The notes beneath the pieces were generated by a model. That model searched no databases and was not told the DNA's origin. It saw only the letters and a list, made by a program, of their open reading frames with translations. From positions 1-64,000 of the forward strand of contig JYFJ02000166.1 of NCBI GenBank assembly GCA_000934665.2: DNA of 64,000 nt, read 5' to 3'. Both the position numbers and the translations under genes were made by a program. This document shows positions 37,334-52,471 of the stretch, piece by piece (positions within the stretch are counted from its first letter, which is position 1; each line of letters begins with the position of its first letter). This stretch comes from Catajapyx aquilonaris (taxonomy: Eukaryota).

Positions 37334-40300
37334 TATGTTAAAACGTGTATTTATGTAGGACTCAACTTATGTGCAGGGTGGCTTGGAACCAATTACCGCG
37401 GATAACTGAGGGCCGGCAGTATGTGCGCAGTATATGGTGAGGAGTATCGTAGCGTCTCTGAAGTCATTTGCATGCTCATGCAAACATCTAACCTTGAGTA
37501 CGGTACTCCTGAATACTTCGAATGCCACTTTATCACAAATAATTTTATTTCACCCTGAGAAGTTACCCCATCAATGACAGTTAACAATCACTGTAGGAAG
37601 AACCCTCGCTCTTTGGGGTACGTCAAACTGTTTCGTCACACTTGGCCAAACCACATAATTTCCATTGAATCTCATGTACAAGAACCTAGTTCAAGTACTG
37701 CTCAAATCTGTTCTATAAACACTCACCAAGGTTCATTGATATGAAGCGCAGTGTCCTGACTGGACTGCTATAGTATTACAGCCTTACAAACAATTTCGCA
37801 ATGTAAGTGAAACACGTAAACAATTCCATTGAACAACTACTTTTGTGTCACTCTTGTCCTGCTTTTGTCCTCTACGACTTTTCTACCCTTACATCACCCT
37901 TTTCTTATATGCATAACCCCCCCAAACATATATTTTTTTTCCACCTGATTCTACCGCCTCACCTGAGCCTGACTTCCCTGAGCTGGATATTGCACCTTCC
38001 GCGTCGTAGGCACAAATTGCGTCTCTCGTGAGTGAAGAAAATGTATGATCTGTCGTCACATGAATATTGTCTGCACAATCAGTACGCAAAAATGTACACC
38101 CTGCTTTTCACGTGCTGGTCTGCAGCGCTCCAAGCGGCTGATTTCACAACTTGATCATCAAATGAAGCCAAAAATACGCCCAATGAATTCTAGTTCGCTA
38201 CTTTGTCCCTACAGAAATATATGTCGCTAGTACCAAGTAGGTATGATTGGCTGCGTCTCTTTATTCCTTCCACAGTTTTTTGGACTTTACCACTTAACCA
38301 GACGTTAATTAGATCTCAGGCTGTTAGGCATGTATCTCTATCACTTGCTACAAGTAATGTATAGAAATATATCTGAACCAATGCACTTTGTTCGTTTGTT
38401 GTTGTTGGTAAGAAAACGCAGCCGAGTCATCTGCTGTTCTTTGTGAAGGCGACGTTGCCACATGTGCCACAATTTGCGCTCCAAATTTGAATCGGAGGGT
38501 GCCCAACAATGCGGCTGAAAATTACAGCACAATCGTGATTTTTCGCTGTTTGTTGTGGTTTGCAGCTCAAACGATCGGGTTAAGAACGGATTGGGCGTCG
38601 CGTCGTCTCCGTTTCCATATAGCAGGTGGTTTTTATTTATTCCTCAAAAAGTGACTACCATTTGTTGATGGGTTCTGCTAATAAAGCAGGGTGTCCTTGG
38701 GGTGTCCCACTCGCTAGTGTTGGGCACCCCGTATCTTCTGAAATACATTTTAAATAACCATCTTCCAATAACTGCCCTGCCTTTATAGAAAATGGTGATT
38801 TTTCGCACAATATTTTTTTTTGCACCTCTGCATATACGTCTTCGTCCCAGCAACCATTTTACAGTAAAGCAAGTGCTTCCTGTACTGATCCACGGGTATA
38901 TAAGCAATTTAGGAGGTTTTCCGCTGAATATAAGAGCTGAAAAAGGCGCATGATGACTCGTGCTGGGGGCGGAAAAAAAGGGCAATGGGTTACCCTTCGA
39001 AACGTGTAAAGGCCGTGACAATTGGATCCATGTTCCCACGTATATGTATTTGCGGGGACCGGAGTCGTCCCGTTCGCATCAACGCCTCTTCCTCTTCCAT
39101 TCCGATGAACGGATTTCCGCAAGGGGCCCCCCCCTTTCTCTCTCCTTTTTTAAACCATTCAAGAGGCTTTTCATAGCTCGTCCGGTTCAGAGGTGACTCC
39201 TGGACATTTTTACAGATGACTGGGACGTCGACAAAAGGGTGGGCACGAATCGGCCTTGAAGAATTGGAACACATCATATGGGCCCAGAAACGGAGAAAAT
39301 GCATTTTTTTGACACTTATAAATTGTAGGGGTGACTAATCAAAACGCTGAATCTCACGTCTATAAATGCCCCATTTTTGGTGCTGATTGCTTGCCTTTGA
39401 TTCCATAATAAACCAAACTAAACATTGTACAGTGCAGCATTAGTGCAATGACTGAATGACATGCTATTATTGTTTAGAACTTTAGAATTTAGATGAATTA
39501 TTATGAAAAATGGGATGAGCATGTCCAAAACATTTAAGGCGAAACTACATATTTTTCCCTATAACTATACTTGTTTCAACGTGTCCAGGTACGTTTCAGT
39601 TGGTTGTAAGCCTACAATATTTCAAAAATTATCTAAACACTGTAAGTTCACAGCTTTGCTTACTTTCGGTCCTTTTGTTTGGAACTTATAAATAATAATC
39701 TATACGTACATGGAGTTCATTAAATTGGAACATGTCAACATAACGAGGAAAAGTTACGTCAGAATATTTTCGAATTGCATGGTATTTTACGATAAAAATC
39801 AAGTAAATTCACTATCAAAATATTTACATTCCTGTGTTATGTATCCCGTGTTCTGTGTGCTTTGTGAATTAATTGCACGCATGCTGGGCACCAGTAGGAA
39901 TCCAGCTGATCTACATATTATAACGTTATAGTAGAATAATATAATTCGCACCGTATATAGTAATGTGTGTACAGTTCGTGTCACTTACTGCAGAGAACGC
40001 GTAGTTTCATTGACATTTAGGTCTAGTATGAATAATAAATTCATAACGTCACAGCTAACGTAGTCTGCTAAAAGGCAGACAAATATTTAATTTCGAGAAA
40101 CATGGCAATTATTTACGCCTGCTTTGCATTCCTATAGGTTCTCGTTCCGATATATTAACTTGGAAGTCAACGAATACCTATATTTGCTGAATTTCCTCAT
40201 ACTGTACTGTACATTATTACTTGGCAAACGCGAGCTATACATATACATCTGTACTTCCAACAGGTGGGAAATTGATTAGCTGGATAGAAGGTCGAAATAA

Positions 40301-40924
40301 TTTCGTACATATGCGACGACTATGCCGTATATTTATCAATAATCCAAACCATTATGCTATCTATACCGTGCCCTACTCTTTCGTGTGCCACGGTTAGGTA
40401 TGGCACAGTGCGCTCTATTTCAAGTACGCCTTTGTAATCCAGAGCAAATTTGTACACATAAATGAAGTATTCCCACTATGCATGAACGCAAATTAAAGGG
40501 CAATCTCCAGTTACACACCAGCATGTTTTCCCTCATTTGAGCTGCTAATGGTATTTATTAATGCGGGAAAATCAACAGGCATATATTTTTATAGTGAGTC
40601 GGATTTAGTTTATTTGTGCCCGAATTTTCCTTATCATTAACAAACATTTTATTGTATTTCTCAGCCTTGCTGTCATCAAAAATTCCATCTTTTTCCATCT
40701 CGCTGTATGAAAAAAAAAAAAACACTTCCAACATGGCAACCCCGCACTGTTCAACCCGTACAAAAAAAAACCATTTCCAATCCTTCTTAAAACCCGCCAA
40801 AACTCCACTGAAATAATCCCCAACCTTTAATCTCCCTCCAAAAAATTGCCCATCTAAATAAAACCCGTTCAAAACCCGCACATTTCACAACAAAGCCATC
40901 GGCTCATGTTTACACCACCAAGTC

Positions 40925-41380
40925 GCACCAATCATACGGTAGGATCGGATCATTCAGCCAATAGGAGCGACCGAACTAGAACGTGTAATCTCGGCCAATC
41001 TGTGCGCGAGTTTACGACTCAGGAATGTGCTCTGCGCCTACCTGACCACATACGCTGGTTTCTATTGGTCCAAACCCCAGCTGTATTCTAACACCAGGAA
41101 GCCGTGTCCAATCAGATCCCAGGTTACAAGGTGGCTGGAGACATCATCGGCCCTGTACTGAGCACACTATTTTTGGGCCCCCCACCACCCCCCCTCCTAA
41201 ATTTTGAACCCTATTCACCCCCCTCCTTGCACCCCCCCCCACCCCTATCCCCCCCCCCCCCCCCNATGGCAGCTGCAAGCGCGCCCGAAATGTGCTTGCC
41301 GTCCCGCACCACCACCACGGGCGACCTGAGAGGCAGTGCGCGCCGGCTATGCGGTGCACGGATGGACCAGCGCTGACCAT
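40925..41380 (+). promoter_or_regulatory. CCAAT-box cluster followed by a CpG-rich segment; probable promoter and first exon
   Basis: CCAAT at 40928, 40958, 40995 and 41108, ATTGG at 41064; CpG-rich 41266-41376. Strand is inferred. Confidence 0.55.
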
Positions 41381-42919
41381 TTGATTTATTATTACACAGT
41401 TCGGGGGTGTTGTTTTTTTTTGGAACAAGCGCGGGGGGGGGAGGGGGGGGTGTGTACACACACTTTCAAAAAAAAAAATTAAGAAAAAAAAAAATAAGGG
41501 GGGGAAAAAACAAACCGGGGATTCGAACAGTGTGTAGTGGAGTTAATCACATGGGCTTGATGACCGGGTCCAAAATGGACGGTTGTGGCGGTAGTGTGTG
41601 GCGGATCGGTGTCCCCTCATGATACCAAAGGGAAGATGCCAAGGAAGGGTAAACCCCAAGGTAAGGGTTTTGTTTGTTATAATAGTGTGAGGGGGGGGCA
41701 AGGGTAAACAAAGAGTAGGGGTGGGGGGCGTCACTCCCACCCCCTGCCCTCCCCACTGCAAACCTCATGTCTGTGTTTATGATGACAAAAGTACACATGT
41801 ATACATGTCCAGTGGGCATGTGCTTGGGTGGGTTCAAGCATGGCTTCTCCTTACCAAGCAATTGTTTGCTAAGAATGGGTTAAAACACATTAATCTGATT
41901 ATTCTGACATAATGTAGCGACATCTGACCACTAGCCAGTCGGTGTTAAGTTTCTTTAGTGTTGCTGTGGGATGACATTGTTGCCGTTAGGACCGTGAATG
42001 CCGGATTGTGTCAATGTATGCAAAGGTTTTTATGGCTTGCATTTCATTTTTGGTTGTTTGACAGCAATGAAATGTGGACAGTCAAGACTTGACTGACATG
42101 GCACATGTTTCACGGTGGGGTAGTTTTTCAATGCTGCTGATTTGTTGTCAAAAATTAATAGTGAGTAAAAACCTTATCTGAGTGCGAAACCTACTTGTGC
42201 ATGGATTGTGGCCTATAATATTGTCAATGATAAAACAACACCATCGCGACATTGCCCTATAAGGGGTAGTCAGCGATGAAGGGAGACTCAAGTTAACTAA
42301 TGTCAATAATGGAGTGGATTATTTTAACAATGTGTGTGCAGACATGAGGTTAATTTTGGAAGTAAAAGCGAAGTTTTAAAATTGCACCTGGTTGAATACA
42401 TTAACGGATGCTATTCGTTGTTTACTAATAATTTCCAACAATAACATCAGGGATTTTTAATGTGTCCAAGTTGGTGCAACTGGCCTAATTTTATAGTGAT
42501 AGTATTTTGATAATTGTTCATGTAACTAACAATCTGTTGTCGCCACTCTTGTTCTGGCTGTTCCAATTGCGAGACATGGCAGCATTGCCCAATAAAGTTG
42601 GCAACATATGAACTGCATTGTAAATGCCTTTTAGAAGCAAGAGTTTGACAAACCCATGTGATATTCAGGTAGGAAGAAGCGACACTTATGTATTTTTGTC
42701 AGTACGTAAAGTAAACAAAACGTTGATAAGAACCTGATTGTTGCGTAAACAGCAGCCATGCACGAAGCAAAGTTAACTGTGATACTCCCATGTGTGGTCA
42801 TCCGTTTTGGCCGTAGTAAATATTTAGTACATTTGTTTAAGCTTAGCTGTTATACAGCAGCAGCTACATTGTAAGGTTGCAGAATATAATCATATCAAGT
42901 CTAATACGTTGCTTAATAG

Positions 42920-42957
42920 TAATAATAATAATAATAATAACAATAACAATAATAATA
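42920..42957. repeat. (AAT/AAC)n microsatellite
   Basis: taataataataataataataacaataacaataataata. Confidence 0.9.
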
Positions 42958-44496
42958 AAAGTAGTTTTTTTTTCCTCTCTCTCCGTATTATGCAGGTCAA
43001 CTGGGAACTGCTGGAGATGACTTTTCCAACCAAATGTAAAGGTTTAATATTAATGCCTGAGAGGTTGAACAATCAAGTGAATCTCATACATTTTTGTCAT
43101 AATGTCTCACCCCTCATTCATGCTGGTGATGCTGAAGAGAAATTTAGTGCTCCAATTTTTAAAAGCTTGACAGACATCACCTTTGTAGTTAGTGTTATTG
43201 CAGTGTGTTTATTAATAGCAGTTGTGCCTTTAGTCCATTTTTTGTTAGAGAAAGGAGTATAGCGTATTTTATTTGAGAGGAATTTATCATAAATAAATAT
43301 TTTAAAGCATGTTATCCAACAGCTGTGCTAGTAGCTTAAATAATTTTTAGGTGTCACATGCTGGAACATTTTTGGTGTTCATGTTACATTTTGAGTATAA
43401 GATTACTGCGTTGCAACTGCACTGGAGCCCCTAACGTAATTTTTATAATTTTGAGGTTTGGTTCCCTAAGGTCAATTAATGCCCAATTACTCTGTGTCAA
43501 ACAAAGACTGTTAATTGGTCCTAATTGTTGTGTGAACACCCGGCCCAAACTAAATAACTTGCTTCTCCCTATGGATCCATCCTGGTGTAATTGACATCAA
43601 AAAATTTAGCTCGTCATAGAGCCTGTAGCGTAATAGTAAAATGTCTGAATTGATATTCATCTGGGCACCAGTCTTGTTGTAAGCATTGTTGGAAATGTGA
43701 TAGAAAATGCTGTCCAAACAGAATTATAGACCTGGGCTATAGTAGTTCATTCGTTGTGGCTAGAATTAATATTTCCATTGTAGTGGCTAGTTAGAGCATA
43801 GCCATTGGTAACGGGAACCATATTGGTACGCCTTTGGGACTGGGATGCTGCTAGATGTCAGCATGATGGAAATACATATCTTTAGAATGAACAATATGAA
43901 TGTAACAATTTGTAACTTTGGGGACTTACAGTACATCGCGATTCAGGGGATATTGTTGTTTAAAATGAAGCCTCATTTAATGGCTGGAAGGACTGCACAT
44001 GGTTGACATGCATTCTGTGTACCAATTGTGGGCGGTTAAACTTTATTTGTGGAGTCAATAGCGCGGGTCTACTTCTTGGAAGGCATAGGAGTGTAAATCT
44101 GCTCAAATGGAACACGTGATATTCATTAAAAGCGCAGACCAAATGACTGTGACAGATTCTGGAATCAAGCTCATGGCCTTGTTTTTGGGTGGCCTGTGGC
44201 TATTGGATAACAATCAGATCACTCTCACTTACCCAATCTTCCCCACTCATTGGCAAGTAGTAAGTGGGAATGGTACATTGCATTGAAAACCTGAGTAATT
44301 TGAGGAATTACTGCTCATATTGCCAATATTTTTTGGCCAAAGTCATACTTTACATTGATCGAAGTCAGTAATGTACTGAACTGTTATTATGTTGTCAGAA
44401 TATTTTTCTTTTACTGTCAGTTTATTCCAATCATGATAATTTTGACTGTGAATGGAATCACATGTAAATATCCAGTAGATCTTTGTAGGGAAATAA

Positions 44497-44568
44497 AAAT
44501 AATATCTGCTGAACTGAAATTTAAGAGCTACTAAATAATATCTGCTGAACTGAAATTTAAGAGCTACT
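44497..44568. repeat. Perfect 36-bp tandem duplication
   Basis: aaataatatctgctgaactgaaatttaagagctact occurs twice in tandem. Confidence 0.95.
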
Positions 44569-47500
44569 TAAAGAAGGTAGACTACCTTGAGTGTTGAGTC
44601 TGTTACACAATCCATTGATATTTAATGTCAATGACATAGAAGGAATTTTTTGTCTGTCATGAAAATGTCACGGCATTGTGTATGAGCCAGGCTTCACTAA
44701 CATTACATAAGTAACAACTGCAGATAGAAAGAAGAATGGGAGCATTGTAATAAACAGTTGGTAAATCATGACAGCTCTTGCATAATTAAACATGTGTAAA
44801 ACTCTTATTTGTTTGCACATTGACAAATTATTATGACTTGCACGAAGAAAATGTTTACTTTTGAGAGGAAATTGAACTCCAGGCCTTTCTGGACTGAGCA
44901 AGAGAGTGGTCATTTATGTATTATACGAAGCATATAAAATAAATATCGCACACCTTATACTTGAACATAAACATAAAGTGATCACTGCTTGATCCTGATG
45001 GGATGATTTTCTGAAGAATTTGCAGTGTTTAAAAAAAAAGTATATCATTCACCTCCAGTGGAATAATTGTCAACTTGATTAAATTAGACATGGTTTTGGG
45101 GGCTGTTCTGTTGACATTAACTGGTAAAAGGTACTTGTTGCACTGGGTATGTGTAGTGCCCAATAAAAGTACACATGCACAGTACAATGGATCAATATAG
45201 GCAAGATTGTAGTTGTTGGATCTGGACTGGTCACAATTCATGCATTTCCTTCATGGTTTGACTTGTGTTTGACCTGGTGTAGGTTGCACCATTAGGTGGG
45301 TGCATTGACCAATAGCACTGCCGCTATGGGGAATTTCCTTGTAAAGCCAAGCAGCATCTCTAGAATTGTTTTGTTGCAGTACAGTCACATTTTGTAGTGA
45401 GTTATGGTGTACTGTCGAGAGTTAGGTGGCTTTGTTTAAATGTTCCGTTTTATTTCAAATTGAATGATGGAGATTTTAAAGTGAAGGTGAGGTTGTATTG
45501 ACCAACCCCAGACAAATTGATTAAAAATAAAAAATTTCGGATGTGGGAAATAATTGCTACAACACGAATTCACAGACATAATATGTAACAGATCCAAATG
45601 AGTATTATAATTTGAAATGATTTCCGAGGACAATAATATCACTTTATTGCAGGTTAGTTTTGGTAAAGGATGTTATAATTAAGGGACACTGCTAAAGGTA
45701 TCTGTGGGCTAATTATATGTGGACATCTAACAAGAAAATTGTGCAGCAGGTAGAGAGAATTATAATTGACCTCATGAACCTATAACTTAGCAGTTGGCCA
45801 TTTCAATGGCAGGATGAACATTTAAATAATAAAACACGAAATAGCAATTCATGACACTTTTCATCCAGCTAAGATAAACAAGTCATGACCTTTTCAGGTT
45901 CACATTAAATTTTCAGGCCACAGAGTTGTTGCAAAAACAGTTCTTATTTTGCAGATAGTTATTACAATTGAATTGTGTTAAGGCTCTAGAAAAGGTAGCA
46001 TCATTGATGAACATGGATGTTTATTAGAATAATTTTACTCAATTCTGGAATGTAATTTGTTTGCTGGGTTGGGTTTCTTTCTTCATGCATAAATCAACAG
46101 CTGATGTTATTAGTTATGGCACGAAAATTTATGTTGAAAAATTATGTAATTGTGTGAGGTTGCAAATTACGTACATTACATTATGTAGGCTGCATGAATG
46201 AAATATTAAGTACATGCAAAAATACATTATTTTTTTCATTACAAATTGAAGGTAGCATGTCTTCAGAATTACTGGGTTTGCTGGCAACATTAACACTTCA
46301 TGGTACATGATTATACCCCAAGGATGATTAAAAACCAGTTGTTGATATTAACATCCTACGATTGAACGAAAATTACGCTGCCAAATTACTGGGTGCGGCA
46401 GACGTAGTGGATCATACTTGAATGTGATGGACACAGTCCAGTAATGTTGTCCCAGTTCCTATCAATTTAAGGTCAGGCGACTTGTCAAGACTGACGTTAA
46501 ATTTTTCATGGGTAAACTGCAACCCATTCAATGCTTGCAAGTTGCACATTGCAACAGCACGAAAATCCAGATGAAAGCATATAGTATTGTGCCAGTATAC
46601 ATATTTGCTTTATGAATACAGTTTGCATCATTGTCGTTTTGGTTGGGTAGGGTATATTGTTGGCTCTTTTGCTTGGTTCATAACACCTTTTTTTCATATG
46701 ACATTATGAGGACATATTTTTGAATAGGTGTCTCTGTTAATAGATATTTATTTTGAATGCGAGTGTATATACAGAATTTTCAACTGAAAATAATTTATGA
46801 CATGCGTGGATAAAGTCAATTAGTAACTATACACATGAAAAGGAGTCAGTTTCTTTTAGTAAGAAAAGTATTGTATGACTTAAAATATTTGACACTATAG
46901 ACCATATCAGTTGTCGAGGTAAGCGAGAAAATGTGTCTCAGTCACCTTTTACACGACCACTGTTGTTTATTACTTGTTGGATTATAATCCTTTTGTTTTA
47001 GTACGAGTACAAGCCATTATTCATTGGGCGAAATGAGCATTTTACGAGCAGGAGCATGCTTCATCATTTCATCGCCTCCAGTACAAGTCCTGCACATTAC
47101 TGGCCACTTGACACATTGTTACCATTAATCAGAACCTCCTCCTGAGTCACCTGTCTGGGGTGTAAATATTTTGAACCATTATCTGCTGATTGAATGGGGG
47201 CGTACCTGTGACTTGTGACGATATACATGGATTTATTACTGCCATGTTTTTAACATATGTACAGGAGCCTGGAATTGTTTTTTCGGCTAAGTATGCAATG
47301 CATGTTGTAACAGACATTACGAAACATGGTGGAATATTTAAAATTTCTTCTAAAAAAATCGTGGGTGGATGTTGCTTATTAGACGCGTATTGCCATCTGA
47401 AAGTTGTCTTATGACAGGAAATGCTGGAGTGTTAATTCCCGCCATGTGTATATTGCTTGCCAAACATCACGCATCAGGTTAATCGACATGGTGACTCAGT

Positions 47501-50500
47501 TGTGCGACAAATCGTTATCCAGACCCATAATTAATGTTTGTTGACAATTGCGCTTATTCTGTGTATCGAAAGTGCCAATAAGGGCCGCGTAACGAGGACC
47601 ATTGAGGATATTAGCCGATGTAAACGTAGATAATGACACCTTTCCGTGTCGTTACTTTTGTGGGCATTGTTAATCATAACTTAACAATGTTGTAAGTGTT
47701 AATTAAAGCCAGAGAAAGCAGTATACTGTAGACATGTTATTGGCCGTGAGCATTTACGTGGACAATGAATCCGATATCTAGCAATGTTTGAGCACAGTAG
47801 TAAGTTGCAGAATCAGTAAAAGTGAATATAAGACGGGAAATGGCAAACTTGTGGCAGGATGCCTGTCTCACATCTATTTCAGGGAGCTGGAATAGACGGT
47901 GGAAATAAAAAGCATCGGTGTGTATCAGTGCTGCGTCCGTTTATTTGTTGACAACTCTCATTACAAAATCAGAGAAAAGTCTTAAGATTCGATGCATGCG
48001 TCATTAGTTGAAGACTTGCCTTCATGCAGGAGCACGCCAATCAAGTAGATTGTAACATAATCACGTGACCTTCACGGGCTTAATAGTAGACTTAACCCGG
48101 CTGCTGCCGGCTTAGGCCATCTTAAAGCTCATTACCAAGGCTTAGGAACAGCTTTGTCACACAGGCTACTGTCATGCCCGTGCAGATCATACTTGCTATA
48201 ATGCAGGGCGATGATGGCACGTTTTGGCAATCTGCATTTATCCAGACAATTTTCTTCTACTATTCTACCTGCCAGGGCGAGGCAATAAATGCCTGTTGTG
48301 CGTGGATTGCACTATTCCGTGCAGCTGTGCAATCAAATCCAGTTCGCCAAACATTGATTAGTCGAGAAGACGTGGATGACAAGGAAATGGTGGTTTTGGG
48401 GAGGGAGGGAGAAAGATAAGCACTGGGAAAAGTTCAGTCATCAAGCCTGAGTTTAGATTGTAGATCTGACGTCCTTTTCGGATGTGGAGTTGATTTCATC
48501 CACTTTGCCCTCCCCGCGCTTTTGGACCTCTGTGTGTAAACGACAAGGACATTTACAAAATGCATGAGATGACTTATTTTTGCCGCGTGTAGATGAACTT
48601 GACAAATCAATTCAGAAATACTGTAGTTAATATTTCACCTAAATGTGCATATGTGCTGATGACTGAAATAATTATTATTCGATGCATTAAACAAAAAAAT
48701 TCAACTCTGGCTCTCTTGTAAAGTCATAGCAGAGTGACCTGTGGCCCATATTCACCGAGCTATAAGTGTCACATCCGTTACAATTATTAGCATCAGTTTT
48801 GCTCGTATGCCATCCGCCTCACTGCACCCGAGTACATTTTGGCTCTTCTTGAGGCCACTCCTATTTGTTGTGGGGTAGTCAACAGAAAATACTGCGGTGT
48901 GAGTTAGCTGGTAGAACAGGATGCGGCGTATAGGGTGGCCATGGGGGGAGAAAAATACATGTGTGCGCGCCGAAACGCCTTCCAAGAGCGCCTAAAAAGG
49001 GGAGTTATTTTTGCAGGGATTGTCAGTTGGAAAGGGGAAGTGTGAGGGAGAGAGAGAGAAGAGGGTAGGGAGGAGCAGGAGAGAAAAAATTTTTTGGGGA
49101 GAGGGGAATGGGAGGGGGAAAAAAATGCAGGGCCAGAGCTGGAACCCAGAGAAAGAGGGGGGGCATGGTTATTGGTGGTGGTTGGAACTGCAGCAGTAGG
49201 ATGGTAGGGAGAGAGGGATGGGATGGGAGAGAGGGAGGAAAGATGGGGAGGGCTTGTTTTTGGGGATGGGATGAGGTGACAATTTATTTTGCCTTCCACC
49301 TNGGGGGGAGATCCTCTGGGGCTTCGGGGGCCCTCGGATCTGGGGAAAACTGCGGCGGATGTGATGGTTTACGAACCTCCCCTAGTCGGCCTCACGGTTA
49401 CTAATAGGCCGCTTGAGCTTTCCAGTTGGAGCATTTTCGGCCGGGTATTGTGGTTTTTTATCCAGACTCCCCACCTACCAACCTCCGTGCCCACCTCACA
49501 CACAAGATGGTGGGGGGGTGGTTGGGAGTGTGTGCCGTTGGCGCGAGGTGTGCCAGGGAGAGGCACTACCCCGAAGCTACTTGTAAACAATTTTAAAAGG
49601 CCACTGTTACAAGGGGCGTTCAACTCCATTTTTAAAACTGAATATCAGCACAATATCATTATATTTCTCATGAGGGAGTGCGGGTATTACAAAATGTATC
49701 CCTGGACTTTCAACGTGAAACCTGAATTTTCCAGGAGTGGTCAACCGAGCCACTTTTTTTTCTCTCTCTCTCCCTACTCCTGCTCGTCTGGATGCAAATG
49801 CTAGGTGTGGCGTTTTAAACGGGTGCGTACGTTTGTAAACATGCCACTGGCGGTGCAACACGTGCGTCGTGAAGTAATACGGAGCTGGAGGAACACATGT
49901 ATCCGCTCGAACGCTACGACAGACACTACAGGACGCTGTCGGATTGGTTTCCTCTCTCTTTTTTTTTGTCTTCTCACCCCTTATCCTTCCCCACGGCCCA
50001 GAAAAGGAATCCTGGGTACTGCCAGCATCCCAGTCTTTGGGCTGGGAAGATGAGAAAAGAGAGGTATCGGGATCGAATCCGCCAGGGGGTATTGCTGCTT
50101 AGAGATCTGTGTCGTAACGGCCTATCCCTCGAGAGAGAATGCAAGGGGAACAGGTTGATAGCGTGAGTCAGCGTGCTTGCACTCGAGTCCTTTGACCTAA
50201 CCGCCCCTTCTCCATCTTTTTCTTTTTTATGTACATATTTTTTCATATCTGGTAGAGCCGGTGTGTAGGTACATGCAGAGAGTGAATGTGCCAAAGGGTG
50301 GGATAGGGTTGATAACATGGTTGGATAATTGAAATAATTTGTACCAGAAGCGACGTGTAGGTATCAGATGTTGTGACATTCGGCTGAGGTATTATTCGAA
50401 GACTCCGGCTTTGGTTGGTGCGACTACTTGGTGGGGATATGCGGAATATAGCTGGGCGGGAGGGATTCTTCACGTGATGAATTTTGTGTTGTAGAGAGAT

Positions 50501-52364
50501 AAAAGATGAGTCAGGGTTACGCCCGTGGCGTCATCGGGAGCTCCTGCTGGAGGAGTGAGTCGATACGGGGATGGAAAACATCGTCCGTGTAATATTTTTT
50601 TGTACAAGTTCGATGCCAGCACTTGTTTATCTCAGAACGCTTGACACTCATTTAGAACACGTTTTTAACACTAGAAAGGCTCTTTTTCTGCCCCTTTAAA
50701 CTGGATTTCAGCAGACTGTTGAAACCAGTAATCGGCTTAGATGTCCATAATAAGACAGTCGACTAGAAGTTTGGAGCCTTCTGGCTTTCGAAATTGGCTC
50801 TTGTTGTGAAATGGCTGAACCAAAATCCTGTAAACCCATATAAACCTTTTGCTGCCGTTTTCATCTTGAGCAGTAGCTACTTTCTCAGGCACCAAAAACG
50901 CAATATGAGAAAGGCACTTAAATCACTTGCTGTATAAAATGAAACTTGTTTAGTGTTTCAAGTATCGATTTGCAAAACCAAGTAGCAGTGCTTCGAATGC
51001 GCAATATTAATTTGCACATTTCCTTTAGTGACTGAGGGAACATCCCGTTTTGTCGGGTTCACAATGCACATAATCGACAAATTTACCGACTTTGCTTTTT
51101 GTAATACCTCGTTTTGGCACTTGAGAAAGATTTCAGCAGCTTATCTTACATTAAACGACTCGGGACAAATCTGAGCCTGAAACTTTGTTTATGGCAACGA
51201 AAGCAAGTCGTAGTTTCGGTTCACCCAGTGCGGTCGCCTGCAGAGGATTACAGTGTGGCAGTGGGCGCCGAGAGTGGTGATTACAAGTCTTGTCGTGTTG
51301 TGGAGGGCTCTGCTATTGGGCTGGGCGAAACGAGAAAGTTTTTGACGGGCAAAAGTTGTTGGCGGGGGAGGAGGAGAGACGGAAGAAAATGCTGTTCGAT
51401 TGCGAGCGCTCCCCAAAAGATGACTGGCATAACTGTGCGTGTTTACAGTCAGCAGGGCTGAGCCGAAGAAAAGAAGCAGTGACCCGACGGGGCCCTGGAC
51501 CGCTTTTAGCCTCCGACAGGTGGGCTTGGGAGATGAAGTCCTTGCTGACAGCACAACTAACGGACGTGGAAGGGGGACCCCCACCTCCCCTTGGCTGTAC
51601 CCTACCCAAGAACTTTCTGAGAGACGTGCTACACGTTTCCTCTTGATGTCACGGGGCCTGCGTTTGTCAATTCCGTGCAGTTGCTTGTCTCGTCTGCCCG
51701 AGCGATAAATGTGTGTCTGTCCGAGTGAGGAGCCGAGGAGGCGTCGGAGACATGAGGACATCTGTCACTAATTACACTCACTTGTCATCTCGTCCTTAAA
51801 TGAGCGCACATCTTCAATCAGGCGTTGTTTTTGGATCTGGGAGCGAAGAAGATTCCATTGGTAAAGCGCCTCTCGAAATGTCACGTCACCCTCCTGGTGG
51901 ATAGGCATGAATAAAATAAACCACTTAAATGCCGTGCTATTACAACGAGGAAAAGGAGAAAGAACCGTGTTCTAAATCGCGTTACATGCGGTAAAGTTGC
52001 GCATTCGTGCGTTTAAAGATGAGCATTATATCAATTATTAGACTCAGCTGGGATAAAACACGCGGTTGAATCAACGCTTAACCTTTGTTATTCGAGAATT
52101 TTCAGCGTGACTGCAAAGTAGGTTGTAAGCAGCAGGCTTCTCAGTTACTCGTGTTGTGAGCTGCAGGCGGTGGCACCTACCGTATCATTGAATCGACTTG
52201 CAGTGTTCTCCTTGTGATCAGGCCTCCCATAGAGAAATAAAAAAAGGGGGACGAATGATATTGGATGAAGTAATGTGTTAGGTAACAAGTCTTTAGGTAG
52301 AAAGATACTGTATGTCACTTATAACTTATGTGTGGTGTTGTAACCTGCTGTGTGTGTTTTGCAG

Positions 52365-52471
52365 AGAGCAGTCCATATGAAGGCATCCGGGGTCGGTGGG
52401 AGGCAGCCTGTGTGGGCCAGTTCCTCAGATTGTTCCAGTACAAATTCAACTTCTCGTGTGTCACTGCTCAG
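52365..52471 (+). other. Candidate internal exon (107 nt) of an unidentified rightward gene
   Basis: Acceptor tgtgtgttttgcag and consensus donor CAG|GTGAGT. Two frames are open but neither peptide is recognised. Confidence 0.5.

Noticed and set aside
48650..48690. ctgatga-ct-gaaa resembling a minimal hammerhead ribozyme core
   Set aside because: No room for stem II and stem I does not pair convincingly.
51189..51761. 190-aa minus-strand ORF
   Set aside because: No recognisable motif and ORFs occur in several overlapping frames; more likely a CpG-rich regulatory or UTR segment.
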